From assembly GCA_949286295.1 (NCBI GenBank), contig CASECK010000109.1:1-35335 (forward strand): 35,335 bases of DNA, in the 5' to 3' direction. The notes under the pieces were generated by a model that worked only from the letters and a program-made list of their open reading frames with translations, searched no databases and had not been told where the DNA came from. The position numbers and the translations under genes are program-made. This DNA comes from an uncultured bacterium. Its GTDB lineage: Bacteria; Bacillota; Clostridia; Oscillospirales; Oscillospiraceae. Below, piece by piece: positions 8,281 through 16,723 of this stretch (position 1 is the first letter of the stretch; each line of letters starts with the position of its first letter).

Positions 8281-8326
8281 CTTTTTCAGAAAAAAGGTTG
8301 TCTTTCTTAAAAAAGAGCGGTAAAAT
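8281..8326 (+). promoter_or_regulatory. ackA SigA-type promoter with an upstream CodY-like palindrome
   Basis: TTGTCT(8298)-17-TAAAAT(8321-8326). CTTTTTCAGAAAAAA at 8281-8295 keeps the TTTTCAGAAAA core of the CodY consensus (4 mismatches in 15). Confidence 0.6.
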
Positions 8327-8369
8327 AGAGACCACAGCAGGGATATGCCCCAGCGCAGGGCCTGTCCCC

Positions 8370-8398
8370 ATTGTAGTACATTCCAGACGGATAGGCAA
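8370..8398 (-). promoter_or_regulatory. SigA-type promoter for tmcAL-DUF3810
   Basis: TTGCCT-17 nt-TACAAT on the minus strand. Confidence 0.6.
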
Positions 8399-8438
8399 CA
8401 CAGCGGACAAAAAATAACAGGAACAGGAGAGGTTTCCC

Positions 8439-9632
8439 ATGAATATTCTGGTCATCAACGCCGGCAGTTCTTCTCTGAAGTATCAGCTGCTGAACCCCGA
8501 GACCGAGCAGGTGCTGGCCAAGGGCCTGTGCGAGCGCATCGGAATCGACGGCAAGTTTACCTATAAACCCGAGGGTAAGCAGGCGCTCAAAGGGGCCGAC
8601 GTGCCCATGCCCACCCATTCCGAGGCCATTCAGGCTGTGCTGAACGCCCTGGTGGACCCGGTCAACGGCGTCATCCACTCCATGAAGGAAATTGACGCGG
8701 TGGGCCACCGGGTGGTCCACGGCGGCGAGAAGTTCTCCCAGTCCGTGGTGATTACCGGCGAGGTCATGGCCGCCATTGAGGAGTGCGACCCCCTTGCTCC
8801 GCTCCACAACCCCGCTAATATCATTGGTATCAAGGCCTGTCAGGCTCTTATGCCTAACACTCCTATGGTGGCTGTGTTTGACACCGCGTTCCACCAGACC
8901 ATGCCCCCTGTGGCGTATACCTATGCCCTGCCCTACGAGTACTATACAAAGGACAAGGTTCGCCGGTACGGCTTCCACGGCACCTCCCACAATTATGTGG
9001 CTGGCCGGGCCGCCGCGATGCTGGGCCGCCCCATCGAGCAGCTGAAGCTCATCTCCTGCCACCTGGGCAACGGCTCCTCCGTCACCGCGATTGACGGCGG
9101 CAAATCGGTAGACACCTCCATGGGCTTTACCCCGCTGGCCGGTCTGCCCATGGGCACCCGGTCCGGCGACATTGACGCGGGCATCCTGGAGTACCTGATG
9201 GGGAAATATCAGATGGACATCCAGCAGATGCTGGAGGTTTTGAATAAGAAGTCCGGCGTGCTGGGGATTTCCGGCGTGTCCTCCGACTTCCGCGACTTGG
9301 AGGAGGCCGCGCCCCAGGGCAACCAGCGGGCCGCCCTGGCGCTGGACGTGTTTGCTTACGGGGTGAAAAAGCTGATTGGCGCTTACGCCGCCGCCATGGG
9401 CGGCGTGGACGCGGTCATCTTCACTGCCGGCGTGGGGGAGAACGGCCCCGAGACCCGGGAGGCGGCCACTGCCGGACTGGAGTTTATGGGCATCAAGCTG
9501 GATGCGGAGAAGAACAAGGTGCGGGGCAAGGAGATGGATGTCTCCGCCGCGGACGCCACGGTGCGCACCCTGGTCATTCCCACCAATGAGGAGCTGATGA
9601 TTGCCCGGGACACCGCCCGCCTGACCCGGTAA
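8439..9632 (+). CDS. ackA: Acetate kinase
   Basis: [70 protein letters not shown] and PTNEELMIA. Confidence 0.97.
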   Translation: MNILVINAGSSSLKYQLLNPETEQVLAKGLCERIGIDGKFTYKPEGKQALKGADVPMPTHSEAIQAVLNALVDPVNGVIHSMKEIDAVGHRVVHGGEKFSQSVVITGEVMAAIEECDPLAPLHNPANIIGIKACQALMPNTPMVAVFDTAFHQTMPPVAYTYALPYEYYTKDKVRRYGFHGTSHNYVAGRAAAMLGRPIEQLKLISCHLGNGSSVTAIDGGKSVDTSMGFTPLAGLPMGTRSGDIDAGILEYLMGKYQMDIQQMLEVLNKKSGVLGISGVSSDFRDLEEAAPQGNQRAALALDVFAYGVKKLIGAYAAAMGGVDAVIFTAGVGENGPETREAATAGLEFMGIKLDAEKNKVRGKEMDVSAADATVRTLVIPTNEELMIARDTARLTR

Positions 9633-9659
9633 ATTTTCCCATTCCGATGGGTCCTCAAC

Positions 9660-9691
9660 GGGCCGGAGGCACGCTGCCTCCGGCCCCTTTT
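9660..9691 (+). terminator. Intrinsic terminator after ackA
   Basis: GGGGCCGGAGGCA-cgc-TGCCTCCGGCCCC followed by TTTT. Confidence 0.85.
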
Positions 9692-9693
9692 CA

Positions 9694-9726
9694 TTGACAA
9701 GAGGATGGATACTATTATATTATAAT
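9694..9726 (+). promoter_or_regulatory. SigA-type promoter for DUF951 and the radical SAM gene
   Basis: Perfect TTGACA at 9694-9699 followed by the AT-rich TATTATATTATAAT, giving TATATT at 16 nt or TATTAT at 18 nt spacing. Confidence 0.6.
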
Positions 9727-9756
9727 GTGGACAAGCATGAAAGCGGAGTGAGCGGT

Positions 9757-9972
9757 ATGGATATCCATGTGAACGACGTTTTGACCCTGAAAAAGACCCA
9801 TCCCTGCGGCAGCCAGGAGTGGCTGGTGCTGCGGGTGGGTATGGATTTTAAAATGCGCTGCCAGGGCTGCGGCCACGAGGTGATGCTGCCCCGGAGCAAA
9901 GTGGAAAAGAACATCCGGAAGGTACTTCGGGACGGGGCGCCGGTGGACGCGTCTGTCCGAAAGGAGGGGTGA
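9757..9972 (+). CDS. DUF951 (YyzM-like) small protein
   Basis: ATG 9757 after GGAGTGAG; pattern LKKTHPCGS..W.VLRVGMDFKMRC.GCGH.VMLPR. Confidence 0.88.
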   Translation: MDIHVNDVLTLKKTHPCGSQEWLVLRVGMDFKMRCQGCGHEVMLPRSKVEKNIRKVLRDGAPVDASVRKEG

Positions 9973-9975
9973 GCG

Positions 9976-10863
9976 ATGCGCTATGACAGCGATTTACTGT
10001 ACCGCCCGCCAGGGGAGTGGAAGAGCTATTTGCTCCAGTGCACCATCGGCTGTTCCAACAATCAATGTACCTTCTGCGGGATGTATAAGGAGAAAACATT
10101 CCGCCTGCGTCCGGTGGAGGAGATTTTAGAGGACATCGATATGGCCAGAGCCTATTATGGCCCTGGCTTAGAGCGGGTCTTTCTCATGGACGGAGACGCC
10201 ATCATCATGCGGACCGGGGACCTGCTGCAGGTGCTGCACAAACTATACCAGAGCTTCCCCCATCTGGAGAAGGTGACCTTGTACGCCGGTCCCAGGAGCA
10301 CCCTGGCGAAAAGTCCGGAGGAGCTGCGCGCCCTGCATCAGGCCGGCCTCTCCAGGGCCTATCTGGGGGTGGAGAGCGGCAGCGACCAGGTGCTGCGCTT
10401 CATCCACAAGGGGGTGGACGCCGCGCAGATGCTTCTGGCCGGCCAGCGCCTGGTGGAGGCGGGCATTGACCTGTGGGTCACCGTCATCCTGGGCATCACC
10501 GGCGCCAGAGGCGAGGGGGGCGGCTGGGAAGAACACATCCGCGCCACCGCCCAGATGATAAACGCCATGCGCCCCCGGCATCTGTCCGCCATGACCTTTG
10601 CCCCGGCTAAGGGCACCCAACTGGGGGAGGACGTGCTGGCCGGACGGTTTGAGGTCTGCTCCCCCGAGCATATTCTGGAGGAGTGCCGCTTGCTGGTGGA
10701 GCTGCTGGATGTGAATCCTCTGCACTTTACCAGCAATCACGCCTCCAACTACCTGCCTTTGAAGGGGGGCCTGCCGGAGGACAGAGAGAAATTCCTCTCC
10801 CTCATCGACCAGGCCATGGCGGGAAAAATCCGCCTGCGCAAGACCCTGAATCGCGGCATCTGA
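9976..10863 (+). CDS. Radical SAM protein of unknown substrate
   Basis: YRPPGE, GCSNNQCTFC (Cx4Cx2C), RVFLMDGDA, YLGVESGSD and SNHASNY. Confidence 0.88.
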   Translation: MRYDSDLLYRPPGEWKSYLLQCTIGCSNNQCTFCGMYKEKTFRLRPVEEILEDIDMARAYYGPGLERVFLMDGDAIIMRTGDLLQVLHKLYQSFPHLEKVTLYAGPRSTLAKSPEELRALHQAGLSRAYLGVESGSDQVLRFIHKGVDAAQMLLAGQRLVEAGIDLWVTVILGITGARGEGGGWEEHIRATAQMINAMRPRHLSAMTFAPAKGTQLGEDVLAGRFEVCSPEHILEECRLLVELLDVNPLHFTSNHASNYLPLKGGLPEDREKFLSLIDQAMAGKIRLRKTLNRGI

Positions 10864-11044
10864 CGAAGCGGCTTTCTGGACCGCCGGCGGGCCAACTTTG
10901 GGCTGCCGGCGGTCTGATTGTCCCCACCGCAGCGCAGGGGGAAAGCTGTAAAAACTGGGAAAAAGCGGGTCGAAAACCGCTTATTTTACTGCAAACAGGA
11001 CAAAATACACAAGCTGAAGCTGGAATTTATGGGCAGTTTTGCCC

Positions 11045-11123
11045 TTGTTTTCACCCCTTGAAATGGTTACAATATGGTGACAAAAGTAACACAAGTTGCT
11101 TTTGTTTGTCACTATTTTGACAA
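11045..11123 (+). promoter_or_regulatory. Promoter of the cell wall hydrolase gene with WalR-like hexamer repeats
   Basis: TTGTTT-17-TACAAT (11045-11073); TGTCAC-N5-TGTAAC on minus (11066-11082); TGTCAC-N5-TGACAA on plus (11107-11123). Confidence 0.5.
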
Positions 11124-11150
11124 AATTTGTATCCATGGGAGTGAAGACAA

Positions 11151-12200
11151 ATGAAACGCAAGCTTTTCTCCGTGACGCTGTGCGCGTTTGCCTTGCTCCT
11201 CCTGATGGGCGCGGCCACTGTTCCGCAGCAGCCCGCCGCCTTGCTGGCAGAGGAGGAGAGCGCCGTTCTCCATGAGGACGCGCTTGAGACTGACGCACAG
11301 GTCTCTACGGAAAAAGAAGATATGCTCTCCGGTGAGCAGTCCGGCCAAGCTGAGCAGCCTGAGCAGGCCGCCGGAGCCGAAGGGGAAGCTGAGACGGCGG
11401 GAGAGGACGGCGCGGCCGCCGAAGCGGTCCCCGCCGCGCCGGAGGCGGTGCCAGCCCCCACCGGAGACCCCCAGTTTCTGATTGACGGGGTACCCGCCCC
11501 GCTGAACCTGGGTAAATTCCAGGAGAAGGGCGTTACCTATGTGGCCCTGGCCCCCATGGCCCAGGTGTTGGAGCCCAGCGTGGAGATTGGCTGGGACGGC
11601 TCCACGGTCAAGGTCTGCTCCGGGCGCCTGGTGCTCACCGCCAAGGTCGGACAGCTGTATATGGTGGCCAACGGCCGCTATTTGTACCTCCACGAGGGGG
11701 TGCGAATGGTCAACGACATGGTGACCGTGCCGCTGTGGGCCATGGTGAAGGCCTTTGACGCCACGATAAGCTGGGATGCCGCCACCTCCACCGTCAGCGT
11801 CACCCGTGGCTCTGGAGGAATCGTGTCCGGCCAGAGCTACTATGACCAGGAGGATTTGTTCTGGCTGTCCCGGGTCATTTACGCCGAAAGCGGCAACCAG
11901 CCCCTGGAGGGACAGATGGCCGTGGGCAACGTGGTGATGAACCGGGTGGCCAATCCCATCTACCCCAACACCATCCAGGGCGTGCTGGCCCAGAAGAACC
12001 AGTTCAGCACCTATCAGTCCGGCGCGCTGGCCTACCGTACCCCAAACGAGAGCAGCGTCATCGCCGCCAAGCTGGTGCTGGACGGCGGTGTGGTGGAGGA
12101 GACAAAGGGAGCGCTATATTTTGACTCCGCAGTCAGTAGCTGGGCCTCCCGCAACCGGGAATTTGCCATTAAGCTTGGGGGACACAAGTTCTATTACTAA
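11151..12200 (+). CDS. Secreted SleB/CwlJ-family cell wall hydrolase with a copper-amine-oxidase-like N-terminal (stalk) domain
   Basis: Signal peptide, acidic Ala/Glu linker, stalk-like TYVAL...IGWD and VPL...ISWD segments; catalytic LSRVIYAES, GQMAVGNVVMNRV, NQFS, GALYF and GGHKFY. Confidence 0.9.
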   Translation: MKRKLFSVTLCAFALLLLMGAATVPQQPAALLAEEESAVLHEDALETDAQVSTEKEDMLSGEQSGQAEQPEQAAGAEGEAETAGEDGAAAEAVPAAPEAVPAPTGDPQFLIDGVPAPLNLGKFQEKGVTYVALAPMAQVLEPSVEIGWDGSTVKVCSGRLVLTAKVGQLYMVANGRYLYLHEGVRMVNDMVTVPLWAMVKAFDATISWDAATSTVSVTRGSGGIVSGQSYYDQEDLFWLSRVIYAESGNQPLEGQMAVGNVVMNRVANPIYPNTIQGVLAQKNQFSTYQSGALAYRTPNESSVIAAKLVLDGGVVEETKGALYFDSAVSSWASRNREFAIKLGGHKFYY

Positions 12201-12208
12201 GTTTACGA

Positions 12209-12238
12209 AAACAGGACCGCCGGAAGGCGGTCCTGTTT
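12209..12238 (+). terminator. Intrinsic terminator after the hydrolase gene
   Basis: AAACAGGACCGCC-ggaa-GGCGGTCCTGTTT. Confidence 0.8.
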
Positions 12239-12280
12239 CCTGTCCTTCCGGCCGGGGCTGGGAAAAACAAAAATAGGGGG

Positions 12281-12309
12281 TTCCTTTTTTGTATATTCAT
12301 GTATATAAT
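12281..12309 (+). promoter_or_regulatory. Candidate SigA promoter of the nusB-recN operon
   Basis: TTCCTT-17 nt-TATAAT in an AT-rich intergenic stretch. Confidence 0.5.
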
Positions 12310-12356
12310 AACATGAGATGCGGTGTGAGCCTTATCCGGTGGGAGGAATTTACGAT

Positions 12357-12869
12357 ATGACAAGAAGCACGGCCCGCGAGATTGCGGTACACCTTATTTT
12401 TTCCCTGAGCTTTGGGCATCAAAGCGCCCAGGAACTGATGGACAGCCAGTTAACCCGCCGGCGCTTCCAGGAGCTGGCGGAGGATATGCCTCTTTATGCC
12501 CAGTTCCCCAATGAAAAGCAGGAGAAGTACATCCGGGAACTGGTCCAGGGCGTATTTTCCCATGGGGCGGAGCTGGACGACTATATCAGCCGGTATGCGG
12601 TGGGGTGGTCCTTTGCCCGCATTCCCCGGATGGCCGCCGCCATCATGCGCACCGCCATGTATGAGGTGCTGTATATGCCGGATATTCCCAACGCCGCCGC
12701 CATCAACGAGGCGGTGGAGATTGCCAAAAACTATGAGCCCCAGGAGGTAGTCTCTTTCCTCAACGGAATTCTGGGCTCTTTCGTCCGGGCCGAATTTGCG
12801 GACGCTCCGCCGAAGCCGGAGAAGAAAGAGACCCGCGCCGGGGCGGACGTGCCGGAAAGCGGAGACTGA
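12357..12869 (+). CDS. nusB: Transcription antitermination factor NusB
   Basis: GGGAGG RBS, ATG 12357; RSTAREIA, LDDYISRYAVGWSFARI, AINEAVEIAK and FLNGILG. Confidence 0.93.
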   Translation: MTRSTAREIAVHLIFSLSFGHQSAQELMDSQLTRRRFQELAEDMPLYAQFPNEKQEKYIRELVQGVFSHGAELDDYISRYAVGWSFARIPRMAAAIMRTAMYEVLYMPDIPNAAAINEAVEIAKNYEPQEVVSFLNGILGSFVRAEFADAPPKPEKKETRAGADVPESGD

Positions 12870-12873
12870 AGTC

Positions 12874-13815
12874 ATGACCGTACTGGGGCTGGACACCAGC
12901 AACTACACCACCTCGCTGGCGGTCTTTGACGGCAGCGGGGGATATAACCTCAGCCGCCTGCTGGCCGTTCCGGCCGGCCAGCTTGGCCTGCGCCAGAGCG
13001 AGGCCCTCTTTCAGCATATCCGCGCCCTGCCCCAGCTGTTCTCCCAATTAGCGGGGGAGGGGTGGCTGAAAGGGCTGTCCGCCGTGGGGGCAAGCACCAG
13101 GCCCCGGGCGGTGGAAGGCTCCTATATGCCCTGCTTTCTGGCGGGGGCCTCGCAGGGCGAGGGGGTGGCCCGGACGCTGGGAATCCCGTTTTTTGCCCAT
13201 TCCCACCAACAGGGGCATTTGGCCGCCGCCGCCTGGTCGGCCGGACGGCTGGACCTGCTGGACAGCCCCTTTCTGGCCTGGCACCTGTCCGGGGGCACCA
13301 CAGAACTGTTGAAGGTGGAGCCGCAGGGCTGGTCGGTGCGGGCAGAGATTGTGGGCGGGACCAGCGACATTTCCGCCGGACAGCTCATCGACCGCTCCGG
13401 TGTGCTGCTGGGCCTGCCATTCCCCGCCGGTAAAGAGCTTGACCGGCTATATGGGCAGGGGGAGGGCGAGGAGAAGTACCGGATAAAACTGGACGGCTTG
13501 ACCTTCTCTCTGTCCGGCATGGAAAATAAGGTCCGCCGGATGGTACAGGCGGGCCGCGGGCCGGGGGAGGTGGCCCGGTTTGTGCTGGATACGGTGACGG
13601 GGGTGGTGGTGCGGACCACCCTGCGGGCTATGGAGCGCTGGCCTGGGCTGCCGGTGCTGTGCTCTGGGGGAGTGGCCTCTAACACCCGTCTGCGCCAGGC
13701 CATGGAGCGCGCCTGCTCCGCTGTGTTCGCCGGCGCGCAGTACTCCACCGACAACGCCATGGGCACCGCCATCCTCACCTGGCGCGCCCTGCAGGCGGGG
13801 GAGGCGGGCCAATGA
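12874..13815 (+). CDS. TsaD/Kae1-like (M22/ASKHA family) protein, divergent paralog
   Basis: LGLDTSNYTTS, HSHQQGH, LSGGTT, DISAGQLIDR, LGLPFPAG, FSLSG, SGGVASN and TDNA correspond in order to TsaD/Kae1 motifs, with several non-canonical substitutions. Confidence 0.85.
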   Translation: MTVLGLDTSNYTTSLAVFDGSGGYNLSRLLAVPAGQLGLRQSEALFQHIRALPQLFSQLAGEGWLKGLSAVGASTRPRAVEGSYMPCFLAGASQGEGVARTLGIPFFAHSHQQGHLAAAAWSAGRLDLLDSPFLAWHLSGGTTELLKVEPQGWSVRAEIVGGTSDISAGQLIDRSGVLLGLPFPAGKELDRLYGQGEGEEKYRIKLDGLTFSLSGMENKVRRMVQAGRGPGEVARFVLDTVTGVVVRTTLRAMERWPGLPVLCSGGVASNTRLRQAMERACSAVFAGAQYSTDNAMGTAILTWRALQAGEAGQ

Positions 13816-15065
13816 ATGAGAGAAGTATCCTGACTCCCTCACAGGTCAGCCGGTACATCAAAGGCTTCATGGATCAGGACCGGCTGCTGTCCGGCTTGAT
13901 GGTCCGGGGGGAGCTGTCCAACTATAAGGTCTATCCTTCCGGTCACCACTATTTTTCTCTGAAGGACGCCCAGGGCAGTCTGCGGTGCGTTATGTTCCGC
14001 AGTGACGCCCAGTCCCTGCGCTTCCGGCCGGAAAACGGGATGCAGGTCATTGCCGCCGGCCGGGTCACCGTCTTTCCCAGAGACGGGCAGTATCAGCTCT
14101 ACTGCGCCCGCCTGACCCCAGAGGGGGTGGGGAATCTGGCGCTGGCCTTTGAGCAGCTGAAGCAGCGGCTGGCCGGCGAGGGACTGTTTGATGCGGCCCA
14201 TAAAAAGCCCCTTCCCAGATTCCCCGGCGTCATTGCCCTGATAACCTCGCCCGCGGGCGCCGCCGTGCGGGATATGCTGCGGATTCTGCGCGTGCGATGG
14301 CCGGCGGCGCAGGTGCAGATTTTGCCCGTGCGGGTTCAGGGAGAGGGGGCCGCTCAGGAGATTGCCGGGGCCATCCGCATGGCCAATTCTCTTGGAACGG
14401 CCAGTCTGATTATCACCGGGCGGGGCGGCGGCTCTATGGAAGACTTGTGGGCCTTCAATGAGGAGATTGTGGCCCGGGCCATTTATCACTCGGAGATTCC
14501 GGTCATTTCGGCGGTTGGCCACGAACCGGATGTGACCATTTCAGATTTTGTGGCCGACCTGCGCGCCTCCACCCCCTCCAACGCCGCGGAGCTGGCGGTC
14601 CCGGAGCAGAGCGAGATTAGAAACAGCCTGCGCGCCGCCGGACAGCGGCTGCAAAGGCGCATGAAGCTGCGCCTGGAGAACAGCCGGGACCTTTTGGCGC
14701 GGCGGGCCGCCAGCCGCGGTATGCGGGACCCGGGGACCTATGTGCGGGACAAGCGGCTGCTGCTGGACTATCAGAGCCGGCGGCTGACCGCCGGACTGGA
14801 GCGCGTTCTGGCCGGGCGGCGGGAGCGGCTGGCCACCCTGGCCGCCGGGCTGGACGCCATGAGTCCGCTGAAGGTGCTGGGCAGGGGCTACGCCATTGCC
14901 CAAAAGCCTGACGGCCGGGTCATTGCCCGCCAGGAGGACGCAGCCCCCGGTCAGGAATTTACGCTGACGGTGTCAGATGGGACCCTGCCCTGCCAGGTAT
15001 TGGACAAGGAGCGGCCGGCGCGTGGGGAAAGGAGGGGACGGAATGTCCGCAAAAAAGAAACTTGA
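13812..15065 (+). CDS. xseA: Exodeoxyribonuclease VII large subunit
   Basis: VRGELSN, SGHHYFSLKD, GRGGGSMEDLWAFNEE, ISAVGHEPD, DLRASTPSNAAE and SPLKVLGRGYA. Confidence 0.96.
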   Translation: MNERSILTPSQVSRYIKGFMDQDRLLSGLMVRGELSNYKVYPSGHHYFSLKDAQGSLRCVMFRSDAQSLRFRPENGMQVIAAGRVTVFPRDGQYQLYCARLTPEGVGNLALAFEQLKQRLAGEGLFDAAHKKPLPRFPGVIALITSPAGAAVRDMLRILRVRWPAAQVQILPVRVQGEGAAQEIAGAIRMANSLGTASLIITGRGGGSMEDLWAFNEEIVARAIYHSEIPVISAVGHEPDVTISDFVADLRASTPSNAAELAVPEQSEIRNSLRAAGQRLQRRMKLRLENSRDLLARRAASRGMRDPGTYVRDKRLLLDYQSRRLTAGLERVLAGRRERLATLAAGLDAMSPLKVLGRGYAIAQKPDGRVIARQEDAAPGQEFTLTVSDGTLPCQVLDKERPARGERRGRNVRKKET

Positions 15066-15279
15066 TTTTGAACAGTCCATGGCCCGTATCGAGGAGATTG
15101 TCAGCCTGCTGGAGCGGGGGGACGCCCCGCTGGAACAGGCGATGGCCCTGTTTGAGGAGGGGGCAAAGCTGCTTCGCAGCTGTACCGCCCAACTGGACCA
15201 GGCGGAGCAGAAGGTGACGCTGATCACCATGGACCAGAACGGCGAGCTGAGAGAGGAACCCTTTCATGGAGAAGACTGA
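15043..15279 (+). CDS. xseB: Exodeoxyribonuclease VII small subunit
   Basis: AAGGAGGGG RBS, ATG 15043; FEQSMARIEEIVSLLE.GD.PLEQAM.LFEEG...C...LDQAEQKV. Confidence 0.94.
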   Translation: MSAKKKLDFEQSMARIEEIVSLLERGDAPLEQAMALFEEGAKLLRSCTAQLDQAEQKVTLITMDQNGELREEPFHGED

Positions 15280-16159
15280 CATGGAAAAGGACTTTACAGA
15301 GCTTTTGGCAGAGGACCAATCTTTGATAGAGCGGCGCCTGGGGGAGCTGTTTCAGGACAGTCCCCGCTTTGCGGACCTGCAGGAGGCCATGGAGTATTCC
15401 CTGTTGGCCGGTGGCAAGCGCATCCGGCCGGTGCTCACCCTGGAGGTGTGCCGGATGTGCGGCGGCGAGGTCCAGCTTGCGCTGCCGCTGGCCTGCGCCG
15501 TGGAGATGATTCATACCTATTCGCTGATTCACGATGACCTGCCCGCCATGGATGACGACCAGCTGCGCCGCGGCCGGCCCACCAACCACGTGGTCTATGG
15601 GGAGGCCACCGCCATTTTGGCGGGAGACGGCCTGCTTACAGCCGCCTTTGAGCAGGTCTGTGCCGCGCGCTTGCCCGCGCCGCAGATTGTGGAGGCGGCG
15701 GCCTGCCTGGCCCGGAACGCCGGCCCTGCGGGGATGGTGGGCGGTCAGGCTTTGGATATGGCGGGGGAGGGCCGGGCGCTGACCCGGCCGGAGCTGGAGC
15801 AGCTCCAGAGTCTGAAAACCGGGGCGCTGATTTGTGCCGCCGCGGACCTGGGCTGTATCGCCGCCGGTGGGACGCCGGCGCAGCGCGCCCAGGTCCGCGC
15901 CTATGCGCTGGCTCTGGGCCGGGCCTTTCAGGTCCGGGACGATATGCTGGACGTAATCAGCTCGGACCAGGAGCTGGGAAAAAATACCGGCTCTGACCAG
16001 GCCAACGAAAAGACTACCTTTGTTACAACCCTGGGGCTGGATGGGTGCGCCCAGCTGGTGGAAGAACTCACCCGGGAGAGCGTTCGGGCATTGGACGGAT
16101 TTTCCGCCCCCGGATTCCTAATCTGGCTGGCCGAGACTCTGGCCGGGCGGAAGGCCTGA
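15266..16159 (+). CDS. ispA: Farnesyl/geranylgeranyl diphosphate synthase
   Basis: GGKRIRP, SLIHDDLPAMDDD (FARM), RRGRPT, GQALD, KTGAL and FQVRDDMLD (SARM). Alternative start at 15281. Confidence 0.94.
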   Translation: MEKTDMEKDFTELLAEDQSLIERRLGELFQDSPRFADLQEAMEYSLLAGGKRIRPVLTLEVCRMCGGEVQLALPLACAVEMIHTYSLIHDDLPAMDDDQLRRGRPTNHVVYGEATAILAGDGLLTAAFEQVCAARLPAPQIVEAAACLARNAGPAGMVGGQALDMAGEGRALTRPELEQLQSLKTGALICAAADLGCIAAGGTPAQRAQVRAYALALGRAFQVRDDMLDVISSDQELGKNTGSDQANEKTTFVTTLGLDGCAQLVEELTRESVRALDGFSAPGFLIWLAETLAGRKA

Positions 16160-16211
16160 GGCAGCCCGGGCAGGAATCCTCGTTGCAGGCGCGAGAGAAA
16201 GGCGGGGTGTT

Positions 16212-16676
16212 TTGAACGATTCGATTGGGTTTCTCACAGGGAATTTGCCCCTGGACCTGGCTGTTGTGGCCTGGTTTGTGGCGCAAAGCGCCAAGATGGT
16301 CATCAACCTCATTCGGGGGCGGGGCGTCGCCCTGAGGCGCATCCTGGGAAGCGGGGAGATGCCCAGCTCCCACTCGGCCTTCGTCTGCGCCGCCACCGCC
16401 TCCATCGGGGTGCTGCGCGGCTGGCACAACCCGCTGTTCTCCCTGTCGGCGGTGGTGGCCCTTGTGGTCATGTACGACGCGTGCAATGTGCGCCGGGCGG
16501 CGGGGGAACAGGCCAAGCTGCTCAATTATGTGGTGGAGCATTGGGAGCAGCTGCCCCAGGAGTTCAAGGAGAAAAAACGGCTCAACGAGCACCTGGGCCA
16601 CACGTTGCCCCAGGTGCTGGTGGGCGCCCTGTTGGGAACCGCCATCGGCCTTGGGGGCTCCATTCTCCTGCAATAA
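16212..16676 (+). CDS. Divergent PAP2 family (DUF212, YuiD-like) membrane protein
   Basis: SGEMPSSHSA, VMYDA.NVRR.AGEQA..LN, LGHT..QV; TTG start. Confidence 0.9.
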   Translation: MNDSIGFLTGNLPLDLAVVAWFVAQSAKMVINLIRGRGVALRRILGSGEMPSSHSAFVCAATASIGVLRGWHNPLFSLSAVVALVVMYDACNVRRAAGEQAKLLNYVVEHWEQLPQEFKEKKRLNEHLGHTLPQVLVGALLGTAIGLGGSILLQ

Positions 16677-16723
16677 CGGTTCTGCGGGCGGGCTTCGCCT
16701 GTGAAATTGTGAGGGATCAAGTT

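Noticed and set aside
10864-11044. c-di-AMP or c-di-GMP riboswitch ahead of the cell wall hydrolase
   Set aside because: Only short hairpins, one probably the radical SAM terminator (about 10880-10913); the conserved aptamer motifs are not visible. An Rfam scan would settle it.
11260-11460. Ala/Glu/Pro-rich stretch in the hydrolase as a tandem repeat
   Set aside because: Low-complexity linker; only EAVPA recurs twice, with no DNA array.
16481-16723. 81-aa N-terminal extension of Dxs in the ORF track
   Set aside because: It overlaps the DUF212 gene in another frame; an RBS and TTG at 16724 give a normal-length Dxs.
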